Of a DNA stretch of 64,000 nucleotides, positions 1-14,390 are shown piece after piece. The notes beneath the pieces are model-generated. The model was not told the DNA's origin. It did not search any database and saw only the letters and a program-made list of their open reading frames with translations. The position numbers were made by a program, and so were the translations under genes. The stretch lies in assembly GCF_009914755.1 (NCBI RefSeq), contig NC_060928.1; one strand, given 5' to 3'. Source of the DNA: the human T2T-CHM13v2.0 reference genome, Homo sapiens. Each line of letters starts with the position of its first letter. Within the stretch, counting starts at the first letter, position 1.

Positions 1-327
<327 letters not shown>

Positions 328-1258
328 TTATAAAACAAGGGATTACTTCTTTCAGGTATATAGCAAAAATATATTCTCCTTGAATGACATACATTTTGTT
401 ATATCTTGAAAAGGTGAAATGTTAACCCTAATTCTCTGTTAGGGAATTGAATGTTGACAGATAAACCAACTTTGAGTTGAAACCTAAACCAGCCAATGGT
501 ACGTAGATTCACCTTCTCTCCAGATCTGCATTTTCTGATATGAGATGATATAAGAACAAACCAAAAAAAATGAGATTTCAAGACAAAACTGTTAAGTGTA
601 TATATCAAAATACAAAGTTAACTCCCACCTACCCACTCTGCAGGAAAATACTAAGTAGCTAAAGAGAAGCACTGAAAACTCCTGAAACATGCTTACCTGA
701 TGATTCTTCCCTTGAGCACTTCAGTTCTAGTTCTAAATAGGGGATATTTAGGGGAGGGTATGAGAGGCTTTAGGGGATGATGGTGGTGGTAGACTTTCAG
801 CATAATTTCTAAAATGTGTTATTTCCTTCACAGAGTTTACTATTTGTCTTCTAATTTCTAAAAATGTTTTGTGTTCCTTGATGGAAATGGTAGCATATTA
901 GACTGTGTGCAAGTATGTGTGTGAATGTTCAATATTATAATAAGATGTATTATATTTGTGTAATTTATGCAATATCTTTATTCTAAAATGCCAAAGCATG
1001 TTATTGAAATAATCTTTTTCATGCTTAGCTAATTTTTGATGCAATTTCTAAATTTTATAGATTTATAGAAATTGAAAACAGTTACACAGCTTATCTTCAT
1101 CACTAAAATGTTGTATTAACTACATTAATTGTGTAGTATGGACTAGATAATCATTTAAAAGAAAAATATACTTGTCTATTGCTTTTTAGTGATTTTTACT
1201 CTTGAAATTTTATCTTTTAGTAATAAAAGTTAAATTTTTCTTTTTAAAAAAATTTTAG

Positions 1259-1338
1259 TTATACATGGAATATCCCAGTTAAATGGACTGAAGATAATAT
1301 AACAAGCAGTGTGTTATTTAATAGGTCAGAAAAAGAAG
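1259..1338 (+). CDS. ENPEP: ENPEP exon 11 (80 nt)
   Basis: ttttag|TTATACATGG...GAAAAAGAAG|gtaaat; encodes YTWNIPVKWTEDNITSSVLFNRSEKE(G); phase matches the next exon. Confidence 0.95.
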
Positions 1339-2173
1339 GTAAATATTATTAATTGATTTATTTCTTCTTTGAATTGATGTACCACATTAAACTAATATAA
1401 GTATAAAGATGCAACAGTAAAGCTGGAACTTATGTAAACTTCAGCTAAGTGATCTCTTAAATAATTTATTGATGATTCCAAATCTTCATCTACAATCAGA
1501 ACTGTTATACCTTGAGATATTCTTTTCAATGATTTATCTTGACTGACTGATTTATCATAAATACCCATATCCAAAGGAGAAGGGTCGCATGCCCAACAAT
1601 TGGAAGATCAATGTGTAAGTTTCCTTCCTTCCTTCCTTCCTTTTTGTTTTTTCTTTTATCAGATAAGCCATTGAATTTCTTTAACTGTTATATGACAAGC
1701 CTGAGGATTTTTTTAATGCTCCCATTAAATTAGACCATTTTTTGGAAATATATTTGTGTTCTATCTGCACTGATTTATTTTTTCCTTACTTGAAAAATGT
1801 TAGGGTTGTATAAAAACAAGTAAACCTTCTCACGAAATTCCAGATTGATGAAAAAAATAATAGATAAGGCAAGCTTTAGCTGCAATCTTGGAAAGAATCC
1901 TTCTTTTTATATTTTTTCCATTGTATTTGTTTTGGTGTTTCAAAACTATTTCTTTTCTAAGACAAACCAGACTCATCTTTGCCCCATTTCATGAGGACTT
2001 GATTTAGAATAGTATTTGGTATGGACTTTCACTTGTGTCTTCTTGAAGATAAAAGTAGATCACTCATTCTTTATTTACATATGCCTAGTTGCTCATGTAA
2101 AATATTTTAAAATATTAATGAGGTATGATTTCTCCTGGCCAATAAATTTTTACTCTGTTTCCAGTAGATTGCC

Positions 2174-2650
2174 TTTTAAGAACAGCTTTACTGAGATATA
2201 ATTCACATACCATAAAATTCACCTATTTAAAGTGTACAATCCAGTGTTTTTTAGTGTATTCACAGATGTGTAATCATCACCACAGTCAGTTTTAGAAACC
2301 CCATACCCTTTAGCTGTCATGCCTGCAGCCTCCCATATGCCCAGCCCTAAGCAACCACTAATGTATTCCCTACCTCTATAGATTTGTCTCTTCTGGTCAT
2401 TTCACATAAATAAAAGTGTATATGCAGTATTTTGTGACTTTTCAATTAGCATAACGATTTCAAGGCTCATCCATGATATAGCATGTAACTCTACTTCATT
2501 CCTTTTTATTGCCAAATCATATCCCATTATATGGATATACCACCATTTGTTTATCCATTTATCAGTTGATAGATATTTGGATCATTTCCACCTTTTGTCT
2601 GTTATGAATAATGCTGCTATAAACATTTGTGTATAAGTTTTTCTGTGGAT
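2174..2650 (-). mobile_element. L1MB-like 3' end fragment
   Basis: cagctttactgagatataattcacataccataaaattcacc...gttatgaataatgctgctataaacatt resembles antisense L1M 3' UTR. Confidence 0.8.
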
Positions 2651-4513
2651 CCAGCATGTTTTTTCCACCTTTGGGCCTTTTAAAAAAAAACGTTTATTGT
2701 TAACAGTTTTTGTGATTTTTTTTTACTATTACTACAAACTACCAGCTTTGTCATTATAGAGGTGAAATCCTTCTGAAGCCCTTCTGCACAGGGATTGCTA
2801 TTACAACAAAACTCTCTCTTGCTTATTTATGTTAATAATTATTGTAATATCGTGATCAAAAAAAATTCTAAATTTTTGCAGAATTCCCAGATCAATGCCA
2901 CTTTGTTTTAGTATTTTATGCTGTGTTTCAATGCGAGGCTCTATCTTTTGTGGTCTTCTGACCATTTTCTTATTCATAAGTACACTTGCCAGAGGAAAAG
3001 GGAGAAGACAGAAAAAAAAAAGACATTTTCAACAATGTGTAACAGCACTGGTAAAAGGCATAATAAGAACGTTAGAATTCCACTGGAAGGTTTTCAGTGG
3101 ATTTGGTTTAACTATTACTAAATATTTTCCCCATTGGTCACCATAGTTAATTGAGGATTGGAAGAATATCTCGGCAGCTGTTTGATTTACTGTTTACAAG
3201 TTTGAAAGCGTGAATAATTCATCTACCCTAGTACAATTCACCCAGCACTTTCATGGAATGAAGTTTCCATACAAGTGAATTTTCCAGATAACTAAAGCTT
3301 ACTCAAGTGCTTTGTAAAATGCATTTCAAGAGTTCACAATAGACATTGTTCTAATATGTGTTATGTACTCCTTAGAATATTTGGAATAATAAATTTAATC
3401 CTTAATTACTAGATTAATTCTTTCAAGCACGTATTGCTTATGTGCAAAACACAGAGATAAGAATGGGGGCAGTGCTGGAGCAAAAAAAAAAAAAAAGCAA
3501 TCCTAACCCTTGTGTAGATGGTTGTCTAGGGATAGGTTTGCAGGCAGACATAATGCTGTGTCCTAAGTGCCTCTGTGGCAATGCAGATCACCAAAAGCAC
3601 TCATAGAAGCATCAGCCCAGGTTTGGGGGTTCAGGAAGCATTCCTAAAAAATATCTAGGCTGAGAGTTCAGAGGCTAAAGATAGAGTATAAATGGGTGAT
3701 AAAAATTGAATGTAGAGGAGACGTGTGCTCTGGACAGAAGCATGACTGTGAAAGTGAAAGAGCAGGGAGTTCTCACACTCCTTCGTATCCCTTTGTCAAT
3801 ACATTTCACACATTTTTTTGTTCTAACTATTGACCTATCTATGTCTCCCCTCCCCACAGAATATTCTTAGAGGAAATGGAGCTTATTTGTTATTGTTGTT
3901 CTGGATCTACAGCAGGCATCTAATAATTGTTTATTGAATAAATGAATGAATAAACAAATAAATGAAGAGGCTGATAGTTACAGAGCTTTGATGACAAATC
4001 TGCCTTTATCTGAAACTTCAGAATCATGTCTGGTCACTGAGCCAGAAGCAAACTAGAGGTCTTTTTCTACTTCAAAGTGTCTGCTCCATTTTTAGGCTGT
4101 ACAATAAGTTCCTGTTTCCTGTTTGAGGACATCTTCAGCTCTCAGCTTAGAGCACGGATGACGAACATGTCCTGAGTGTACTAAATGGGCAACCAGCTCA
4201 TGTTACCAGTCCTACCTCCCTCCTCTTGGTTTCTTTGATGATTCATTAGTTAGAAATTCTTCAGGCAATAGTGGACTCTCCCCAAGGTCTTTTATTTACA
4301 TTTCTATTGTATGTGCTATTTTAGGCGTTAAAACAACAACTAAACTCATAATTTCTAACGAAAGAAGAGAACCTCTATTATAAAACATTTTCTGGCTACT
4401 CCAGTTACCCTGAATAATCTCTCCTGTCATCATCTCCTGTCATAAAATATAGTATATTTTATCCTGTCACTTTCATCAGCCCTTATTCCTAGTATTATTA
4501 CTTTATATTTTAA

Positions 4514-4870
<357 letters not shown>

Positions 4871-5753
4871 TCTCTTTTTTTTTTCTCAACTAAATTATAA
4901 GCTTCTTGATGACACAAACTACACATATTTCTTGTCTCCTGTCCACCCTATTATCAACAAGGTGCTACGTACATTCTGAGTTCAGAAAGTCCTAGTTTAA
5001 TGAAGGGTTGTTTGCCCCAGAATGCTGTACTTTTAGAGGTTAACTGCATATATTTTAGTTATGTCTCCATCTTTTAGTATCAGCTGCTATTTTGGCTATT
5101 GTTAATGCATCCACATTTAGTAGCATACCACCTGTTTGCATTTAATTTACTGCTTTCTAACATTTAGAAGGATTGAAGGTTGTTATATGGTGTCAGGTAA
5201 CCAATCTTGCTAAAACATAATATTTTAAAAGAGACATTTCTAAGTGCATAGGATCTGGGCTGGGTCTAAGTTCTAGGAGGTGGTGCGGACTCTACAATAG
5301 CTGTTTTTGCAACTCTTACTTCCAGATTTGAGGGTGTCCTCTGGATGGTTTGGACTATCCAGACTGTCCAGTCAGTTTCTATAGAAATAGATTTACTAAA
5401 CATCTGTGATAATTATACATAAATATTTAATACCAAAATAATGATGGGCATGTATTTTTGTATTTGATGACAAAGAGGGAAGCACTTTCTTCATTTTTTC
5501 AAGCTAAGCCTCATGGAATGTGCAAGCTTTGATTGGATGATTATGGGTTCAGTTTTGCTGGTTTAGAAACTCAATTTGTCAGTTCAGCCCTAGTCAACCA
5601 AGTCTTGGAAGATCTACTTATCTAAACCAAACATACAAGAGATTAACTAAGAATGCTAACTTGTTAATTTACACAGTTAAAATATACTAGTTAGTGAATC
5701 TGAATACTCATGTCACCTAATTAGGTATCTCTTTCCAGGAAGCAAGTTACTTA

Positions 5754-6195
<442 letters not shown>

Positions 6196-6261
6196 AATTA
6201 AGGAAGAGTTAAGGTAGATTAATTATTTTACAGATGTCTTTAAATTGTGATAGTGTGATAT

Positions 6262-6666
6262 ATTGCATTAGCCAGGTGAGTCTAATTATTGCACTTTAGA
6301 AACAATCAATAGTGGTTTGGTGCAATAAAAGTTTCTTGTTCATGCAACAGTCTAAAGGAGATATTCCTGACTGTCATCTTTCCTAGGTGGCTCTCCACCA
6401 AATAATGACTTGGAAATCCTGTCTTCTTCCTTCTTATGGCTTTACCATCCCCTGCATCTTGGAATCCCTCACTGGTTCTTTTGCATCTAGCTCAAAGACA
6501 GGGGAAGATAATGAAGGAATCAGGCCTAGAAGTGCATCTATTACTTCTGCCCACATTTTATAGCCAGTTCTCAAATCATGTCCTGCAAGGAAGGCTAACA
6601 TAGTCCAATTCTGTACCCAGGAAGAAAAGGGAACTGTGTGGTAAACAACTAGTAGGTCTCTGTCAC
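6262..6666 (-). mobile_element. MLT1-type (ERVL-MaLR) LTR, degraded
   Basis: acttctgcccacattttatagccag...gtacccaggaagaaaagggaac resembles MLT1J/K-type LTR. Confidence 0.5.
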
Positions 6667-6906
6667 ATACACTGTTTTCTGTAGGACCAGACCTGTCAAA
6701 TAGCCTGAAACACATGTTCCAGCTCAATTTGGCACCTACTTCCATGGGCACACTGGAGACACATTGACAGATCTTCACTACCCAACTCTCCTTTGCAGTT
6801 ATTTTTTTTCAACTACCAAAATTATTGCTAATTGTAATCTTTCCTCATGATAATTGGGTTGCATTTTTCCAGTTTCCTATTCATTGCATGTTACATATTA
6901 AAGCCA

Positions 6907-9316
6907 CAGGCATACCTGAGAGATACTGCAGTTTTGGTGCCAAGCCACGCAATAAAGCAAATATCACAATTAAGTGAGTCCATGAGTTTTTTGGTTTCCC
7001 AGTGCATATACAAGTGATGTTTACACTATACTGCAGTCTACTAAGTGTGCAATTGCCTTATGTGTAAAAAAGTATATATGTTAACTAAAATAATTTATTG
7101 CTAAAAATGCTAACAATCATCTAAGTCTTCAGCGAGTTGTAATCTTTTTTACTGATAAAGGGTCTTGCCTCAGTGTTGATGGCTGCTAGCTAATTAGGGT
7201 GGTGGTTGCTAAAGACTTGGGTGGCTGTGGCAATTTCTTAAAATAAGACAACACTGAAGTTTGGTGCATTAATTGACCCTTCCTTTCACAAAAGGTTTCT
7301 TTGAAGCATGCGATGCTGTTTAATAGAATTTTACCCACAGTAGAACTTCTCCAAAACCCTGGTGCTGCTTTCTCAATTAAGTTTATGGAATATTTTTAAT
7401 CCTTTTTTGTCATTTCAAGATGCTCACAGCATCTTCACCAGGAGTAGATTCCATCTCAAGAAACCGCTTTCTTTGCTCACCCATAAGAAGCAACTCCTCA
7501 CCTATTCAAGTTTTATCATGAGATAGCAACAATTCAGATACATCTTCAGGGTTCACTTCTAATTCTAGCTCTCTTGCTATTTTCACCACTCTGCAGTTAC
7601 ATCCTCCATATAGGTCTTGAACACCTCAAAGTCATTCCTGACGGTTGCAATCAATTTCTTCCAAACTCCTGTTAATGTTGATATTTTGACCTCCTCTTAT
7701 GAATCATGAATGTTCTTAATGGCTTCTAGAATGGTGAATGCTTTCCAGAAGGTTTCTAATGTACCTTGTCCAGATCCATCAAAGGAATCATTATCTATGA
7801 CAGCTATCACCTTACAAAATGTATTTCTTAAATAACAAGACTTGAAAGTCATTCCTTGATCCATGGGCTTCAGAATAGATACTGTGTTAGCAGCTGTGAA
7901 AACATTAATCTGCTTGTACATTTCCATAAGAGCTCATGGATGACCAGGCACACTGTCAATAAGCAGTACTATTTCGAAAGGAATCTTTTTTGGTGAGCAG
8001 CAGGTCTCAACAATGGGCATAAAATATTCAGTAAACCATTCTATTAACAGACGTGCCGTCACCCAGGCTTTGTTGTTCCATTTATAGAGCACATGCAGAG
8101 TAGATTTAGCATAATTCTTAAGGGCCTTAGGATTTTTGGAATGGTAAATGAGTATTGGCTTTAATTTAAAGTTACCAGCTGCATCCACCCCTAATGAGAG
8201 AGTCAACCTGTCCTTTGAAGATTTAAAGCCAGGCATTGACTTCTCTCTAGCTGTGAAAGTCCTTGATGGCATCTTCTTCTAATATAAAGCTGTTTCATCT
8301 ACACTGAAAATGTTTTTTAGTGTAGCTGCCTTCAAAAATGATCTTAGTTAGATCTTCTTATTAACTTGCTTTAACTTCTATATCAACACTTGCTGCTTCA
8401 CCTTGAACTTTTATGTTTGGAGATGGCTTCTTTCCTTAAACCTCAAGAACCAACCTTTGCTAGCTTCCAGCTTTTCTTCTGTAGCTTCCTCACCTCTCTC
8501 AGGCTTCACAGAATTGAAGAGAGTTAGGGTCCTTCTCTGGATTAGGCTTTGGATTAAGGGAATGTTGTGGTTAGTTTGGCCATCTATCCGGAGAGCTAGA
8601 ACTTTCTCCATATCAGCAATACAGATGTTTCTCTTTCTTATCATTCATGTGTTCACTGGAGTAGGACTTTTAATTTCCTTCAAGGACTTTTTCTTTATGT
8701 TTAGAACTTGGCTAACTGTGTGGTACAAGAGGCCTGGCTTTCAGCCTGTCTCAGCTTTTGACATACTTACCTTACTAAGCTTAATCATTTCTATATTTTA
8801 ATTTAAAGTGAGAGATGTTTAACTCTTACTTTCATCTGAACACTTGAGGCCATTGAAGAATGATTGATTGGGCTAATATCGATATGGCTGTGTCTAAAAG
8901 AATAGGGAGTCCCAAGGGGAAGGAGAGAGAAAGAGAGAGAGAGAGAGAGAAAGAGAAAGATAAAAAGAGAGACAGGGGAATGGCCAGCTGGTGGAGCAGT
9001 CATAACACACACAACACTTACCGATTAAGTTCTCACCTATATGGGTGTGGTTCGTGGCTCCCCAAAACAATTGCAATAGTAAAATCAAAAATCTCTGATC
9101 ACAGATCACCCTAACAGATATAATAATAATGAAAAAGTTTGAAATATTGCAAGAATGATCAAAATGTAACCTAGAGACATGAAGTGAGCACATGTTGTTC
9201 GAAAAATGGTGCTGATAGACTGGCTTTGCTACAAACCTTCAATTTGTAAAAAATGCAGTATCTGCAAAGTGCAATAAAGTGACTTCTCTCTAGCGCAATA
9301 AAGTAAGGTATGCTTG
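6907..9316 (-). mobile_element. Tigger1 DNA transposon, essentially full length (about 2.4 kb), with disrupted transposase
   Basis: Terminal inverted repeats CAGGCATACCT (6907) and AGGTATGCTTG (ends 9316) followed by TA; minus-strand ORFs 7697-8644 read as pogo/Tigger transposase ([16 protein letters not shown]; [25 protein letters not shown]; LKPMDQG). Confidence 0.95.
8922..8972 (+). repeat. (GA)n-rich microsatellite inside Tigger1
   Basis: gagagaaagagagagagagagagagaaagagaaaga. Confidence 0.85.
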
Positions 9317-9609
9317 TACACCTTTCTTTACAGGCAGATTCTCTAGGCCACTTGCTGAGATTTAGAATGGACCCTGTAATTATTACTAAAACAATGACTA
9401 ATACTTTCTTGAATGGGTAATTTGTTGAAAGCATTACCATAAATGGATAACCAATCCATTTTATTATGGATCATGTTAGCTTTAGTTTCAGAAATTAAAA
9501 TTTTCTTCTATGACCCCAAAGTCTAATAATGCATTCTACTTGAAACTTTTAGCTCTTCAAATATATTTTGCATGTCATTAGTTAAAAAGCATTACTCGTG
9601 TCTTTCAGT

Positions 9610-9750
9610 TGTTTTTTTTGCTTTCTTAAATAAATTGAGATGGGGGTCTTGCTATGTTGACCAGGCTGGTCTCAAACTGGTCTCAAGCAGTCCTCCTATC
9701 TTGGCCTCCCAAAGTGCTGGGATTACAAGTGTGAGTCACCGTGCCCGGCC
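9610..9750 (-). mobile_element. Alu monomer (FLAM_C / AluJ left arm)
   Basis: gagatgggggtcttgctatgttgaccaggctggtctc...gtcaccgtgcccggcc. Confidence 0.9.
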
Positions 9751-10845
9751 TCAGCTCTTTTACTATCAAATGATACACAAAATTTAATAAGAGGTAAACT
9801 CTGTAATTTTACATTGAAAAATAATTCACTTAAAGGATTAGTGCAACACAGCATTCATATCACCTAAGAAAAATGTTTTTTTCTCTAGGAATCTCAGGCT
9901 ATCATAAGCTGTCTACTTGTCTAAAATTTTTTATAATTATTTATAATAGATAGTAACATTAAAGAACTGTTACCTGTGCTCTGTTACTGAAATCTATCAG
10001 GGTTGAAATTAAAGAGGCTCTCGATGAAATTTTGAAAAGGTAATTATCGCTTTTCTCTATCATCTAGGCAAATAATAAAAGAAAAAAGTAAGAATTTTCT
10101 AGAAAGAGCTCCTACTCAGAAATAACTCATTCAATACTTTTTGGCATAGATAGAACTAATAAGAAACAGAATAAAACAATTTTTAAGTTGATACAGCATG
10201 ATATGTCCATTAAACTTAGATTTCCAAATATATAAAATGAAATTGCAAGGTGTTTAAAATATAATTTCAAATGAAAAAGGATTGCTAATCATAAAAACAG
10301 TAGGGTCCCATTATATTTGTTGTGTGTTTGTGCATGTGTGCATATAGAAGATACACACACACACACAACAGGTAAAAAACATGTTAACTGTGGTGGGTAA
10401 TTTTTATATTCTTCTTTATACTTTTTTGCATTTTCCAAGTGCTCCATAAAGAATACATACTATTGTTATAATCAGAAAAAAAATAGTAAATGGAGTAACA
10501 GAAGGAAACATACAGTATATTAGTCCTGTATTTTAATCTTACTAGAGTATTTTAGTTCTACTCATTATGTAACTAAACAACTGAACAGTATTTTGCTATT
10601 GACAACTGTTCCAAAAGTAGCATGAACTTGGAAAGTCCTTAACTACTGACTTCCTGGATCTCAGCTTCCTCATCTATAAAGTGAGAAAAATCACAGTAAC
10701 TCTAGACAGGCTTAACTAGGTACATATAAAGCACACTAAAATATGGCAGTATTTAGATGGATTGCCAGGAACTTCTCAACGTTATTTATATTTGCTTCGC
10801 TATTTATAGAACTGGCAGCATATCCCCTTTCATTATAATGGGGAT

Positions 10846-11072
10846 AGCTACCATCTGTTGGATACGTAGCACATAACTATGTGACCAACACTTTACCTAT
10901 GTTATCTTATTTAATCTTCACAACAGCCCTGTGAGGGATTTTTGTCCCTGTCTTCCTTGGGGTGAACTGGGACACAGAGGGGTCAAGTGATCTGGCCAAG
11001 GTCACACAGCTAGTAAGTCACAGAGCAAGGTTTTTATCCTAGGTCTGTGAGACTCAAAAGTTCATGCTCTTT
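10846..11072 (-). mobile_element. MIR
   Basis: tcttatttaatcttcacaacagccctgtgagg...ccaaggtcacacagctagtaagt. Confidence 0.85.
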
Positions 11073-11349
11073 CTCCTGTAACATATGGCTTTATGCTTAG
11101 CAAGCAACTCTCCTTCTGATACAAACATTCAAAATGTACAGATGCCAAAAGATTAGCTTCCTTTCAACAACTTGTCCATGGGAGGATGACAAAGAAAGAG
11201 AAATTCTACATGAGTGAGGTAAGGGTTTATAATTTATCAATTACCTACTCCGAAAGTTCCTAAAGAAACTTATTGTCTTGTTGGAGAGGTTACTCATATA
11301 TTATGAAAAACTACTGTGTCCTGGATATCTTCCAGACCTTGCAAACACT

Positions 11350-11870
11350 TCCAAAATTTAAATCATATTTCCTCCCAAACTGACTCACCTTCCTCTATTC
11401 TCTACTGGCAGCACCATTATTCATCCAGTTGTGCAATCCATTTTCCCCTCCTCTGACTGTCCACATCAAGTCAGAAAAAGGATTTTATTGATTTTACCTG
11501 TGATAAGTCTCTTGAATGCATCAACTTCTTTCTAGTTTCATCATCTCCACATTAGTGTAAGCCCTCATCCTCTATTGCCCTACATGACTACAGTGGACTC
11601 TAAATTAGTCTTCTTGTCGCTAGAATCGCCTCCAAAATATCTCCCATACCACTATTGAAATCTTTCCAGAAAATAGACTTGAGCATGCTATTTTTCTGCT
11701 TAAAACTCTTTTCCCCTCTCATAAGATGGATTCTTAACATGGCATGTGGCTCTTCATACTGGAGGCCAGGCTTTTATTTCCAGCATCATCTCCTATTTTT
11801 CAATATCACAACCTACATTGTTGGTACCTTAAAATATTTGAAACTTCTCAACTATACTATGTTCCTATAC
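11350..11870 (+). mobile_element. L2 fragment
   Basis: ggcagcaccattattcatccagttgtgcaatcc...tagtgtaagccctcatcctct resembles degraded L2; boundaries approximate. Confidence 0.55.
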
Positions 11871-12808
11871 CATTATTTAAATTGTATATTGTTCATGTAA
11901 ACAAAAGAGTGTATGATGTATGAACTGAAAAATATAGGAGTAACGCTAACGAACATGGTTATATCAAAGCATAGCTATTATTTTAAGTACATATCTTTTA
12001 CCTAAAACATAAGTCTCTGCTCCTTCAGCCTTGGGCTTCTAAAATCTATACAATAGAGCCTCACATATATATGGATGTTGTTTTAGAAAGAATGCTAATT
12101 TGATAAATCCATTGATGGAAAAGTATTGTTGTAACCAACTGAAATAGGAAGTAGACGGCTTTACAAAGATAAATAAATCGGAAGAACAAGTGTGAAGTCG
12201 ATTACAAAATCAAGAACGTTTCATTCAGATCTCAATTCTATTGCAGGTCTTCTTGATACAGTAACATTTTAAAAGTGTTGCTGATTATCAATGTATTATC
12301 CTGCTTAGTGATAGCCATTTCCATCAACTTCAATGTTGATTTTAATAAACAAAGTATTATTTTGAGTATTTACATTTGTATCCCCTCCCCAGGCTGCCCT
12401 GGTGAATATTGTTTGTGTAATCAATCCATTATGATTAGGGATCTATGGACTACCCCTGAAGGCATGGACTTCTCTGTCTCGAGGCACTGTTTTCTTTTAT
12501 TGATGGATTGACCAGCACGAAATTATTTCGCCCATTTGACAAGCTTCTGCCAGTAAAAACTATCCATCATAAATTACAGTATAATTATTTATATTACTTA
12601 TTTCTTTTTTAGCTCACTCATTATAGTGGTATTCTAAAGTTAGACAACTAAGTAAAAATTAGGCTTTGGGTTTTGGATCCAAATCAAACCTGCCTCCTTG
12701 AGCTAATATTTCTTTTCTTTTATTTTCTTTTTGCCCTCTGGGTCTAATTTCTCTGTGTTGACAGTGCATGCAAACATGTTGCTCATTAGTGTTTATTTAC
12801 TACTACAG

Positions 12809-12945
12809 GAATCACTTTGAACTCCTCTAATCCTAGTGGAAATGCTTTTCTCAAAATAAACCCAGATCATATTGGGTTTTATCGTGTAAATTATGAAGTA
12901 GCAACTTGGGACTCGATAGCTACAGCGCTCTCCTTGAACCACAAG
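12809..12945 (+). CDS. ENPEP: ENPEP exon 12 (137 nt)
   Basis: ctacag|GAATCACT...AACCACAAG|gtaaga; encodes (G)ITLNSSNPSGNAFLKINPDHIGFYRVNYEVATWDSIATALSLNHK, including the GFYRVNY motif typical of M1 aminopeptidases. Confidence 0.97.
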
Positions 12946-13072
12946 GTAAGAGATAGCAATGGTTGGAAACTTTTATTTTTGTTCTAAGAACAGCATCTTA
13001 ATGATATTAATTTTTTTCAACATGCTTTGCCTTAAGAATTGTGTTTTTATCTCTCTTTCTCCCTCTTCCCAG

Positions 13073-13128
13073 ACATTTTCTTCAGCAGATCGTGCAAGTC
13101 TTATTGATGATGCTTTTGCCTTGGCAAG
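13073..13128 (+). CDS. ENPEP: ENPEP exon 13 (56 nt)
   Basis: ttcccag|ACATTT...TTGGCAAG|gtgcgt; encodes TFSSADRASLIDDAFALA(R). Confidence 0.97.
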
Positions 13129-14179
13129 GTGCGTTTTAGAATGAGACTAAATTACTTAAAATACTGTGGGTTTTCTCATAAATCTTTTAAAAATGAATTA
13201 AACATTGCAGTATTAATCAATTTTAGCTTAAAATATCCAAAGCCACTATTTAAAACATTATTGTTTTCCTTAACTCTCTTTTCAAAAGTTCACATGAGCC
13301 TAATAGTCAAAATACTGACATTAGCCCTTAAGGTATACACAAAAACAAACCTAACTTATTGACTTTGAGTATGGTTTGTCTATATCAGGATCCTTGAGCT
13401 AATTAGAAGTGACATTTGCAAATGATCAAAAATGTACCTTCATAATTTGATTTAATATAAAGACAAACAATGTATTTTATTAATTCAGTTCTGTGAGCCC
13501 GAGCCCAGTGTAAGATTTTATGGCTAGAATTGTCAAATCTTGTTCAGGTCACTGGGGTAAGAAGAATGAGCTATGGTGCTTTAGAACTGATCAGAATTAG
13601 GGGACCATTTGGAAAATTTGACTCTTTTTCTCATAGTCTGAAGGTAACCTGCTCTTTAGAAAAAGTGTAGATTGGAAGAACTAAGTAGTATCCATGGTAC
13701 CTCTATTTTTTTTTTAATTCACATAGTCTAACACCAGTAATTTAACAAGCATTTATTGAGTTCCTGGCACTTTGCAGAAGCTGAGGACACAGCCAATTTT
13801 ATTTCTCTGGCTTTGTAGTCGCCTCATTCTAGATATGAGCAATGTGCTAAGAATGAGGAGCCACTTCCCTCAGTAGCCTCCCATGGCCTCTTTCTCTGGG
13901 TTGGGTATCCTTCTTATGGGACCCTATATTTCCTCATAATATTTTATTGTTATTGTTTATTAATTGTGCATTTCACCCATCAAACTGAAGGTTCATGAGG
14001 GTAGGCACCCAAACCCAGCTCCTGACTGTACGTTGCCAATAACAGTTGATAATAAATACTGACTAAATAGAGAGGTGGAAGAATAGTATAGTAGTACTAA
14101 AGGCATGGGGAAACTATTTTACACAGAGTTCCTAGATAGTATATTAAAAGTCAGAAAACCTTGACATATTTCAAGGAAG

Positions 14180-14390
14180 GAATTATGGGGTTCGAAAACA
14201 GGCTCTTGAACCCCATTAAAATCCTGGTTCCATATAGTCTTAAGTAAGTCTCTTAACTTCTCTCTGGCTCAATTTTCTTATCACCAAGGTAGAGATGACC
14301 TTATAAGACTTCTGTGAGGAATAAATGAGATAATGGACATAAAACACTTAAAAGATTATCTGGCATGTAGAAACTCAATACATTGTATTA
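14180..14390 (+). mobile_element. MIR
   Basis: taagtctcttaacttctctctggctcaattttcttatc...gtgaggaataaatgagataat. Confidence 0.75.
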
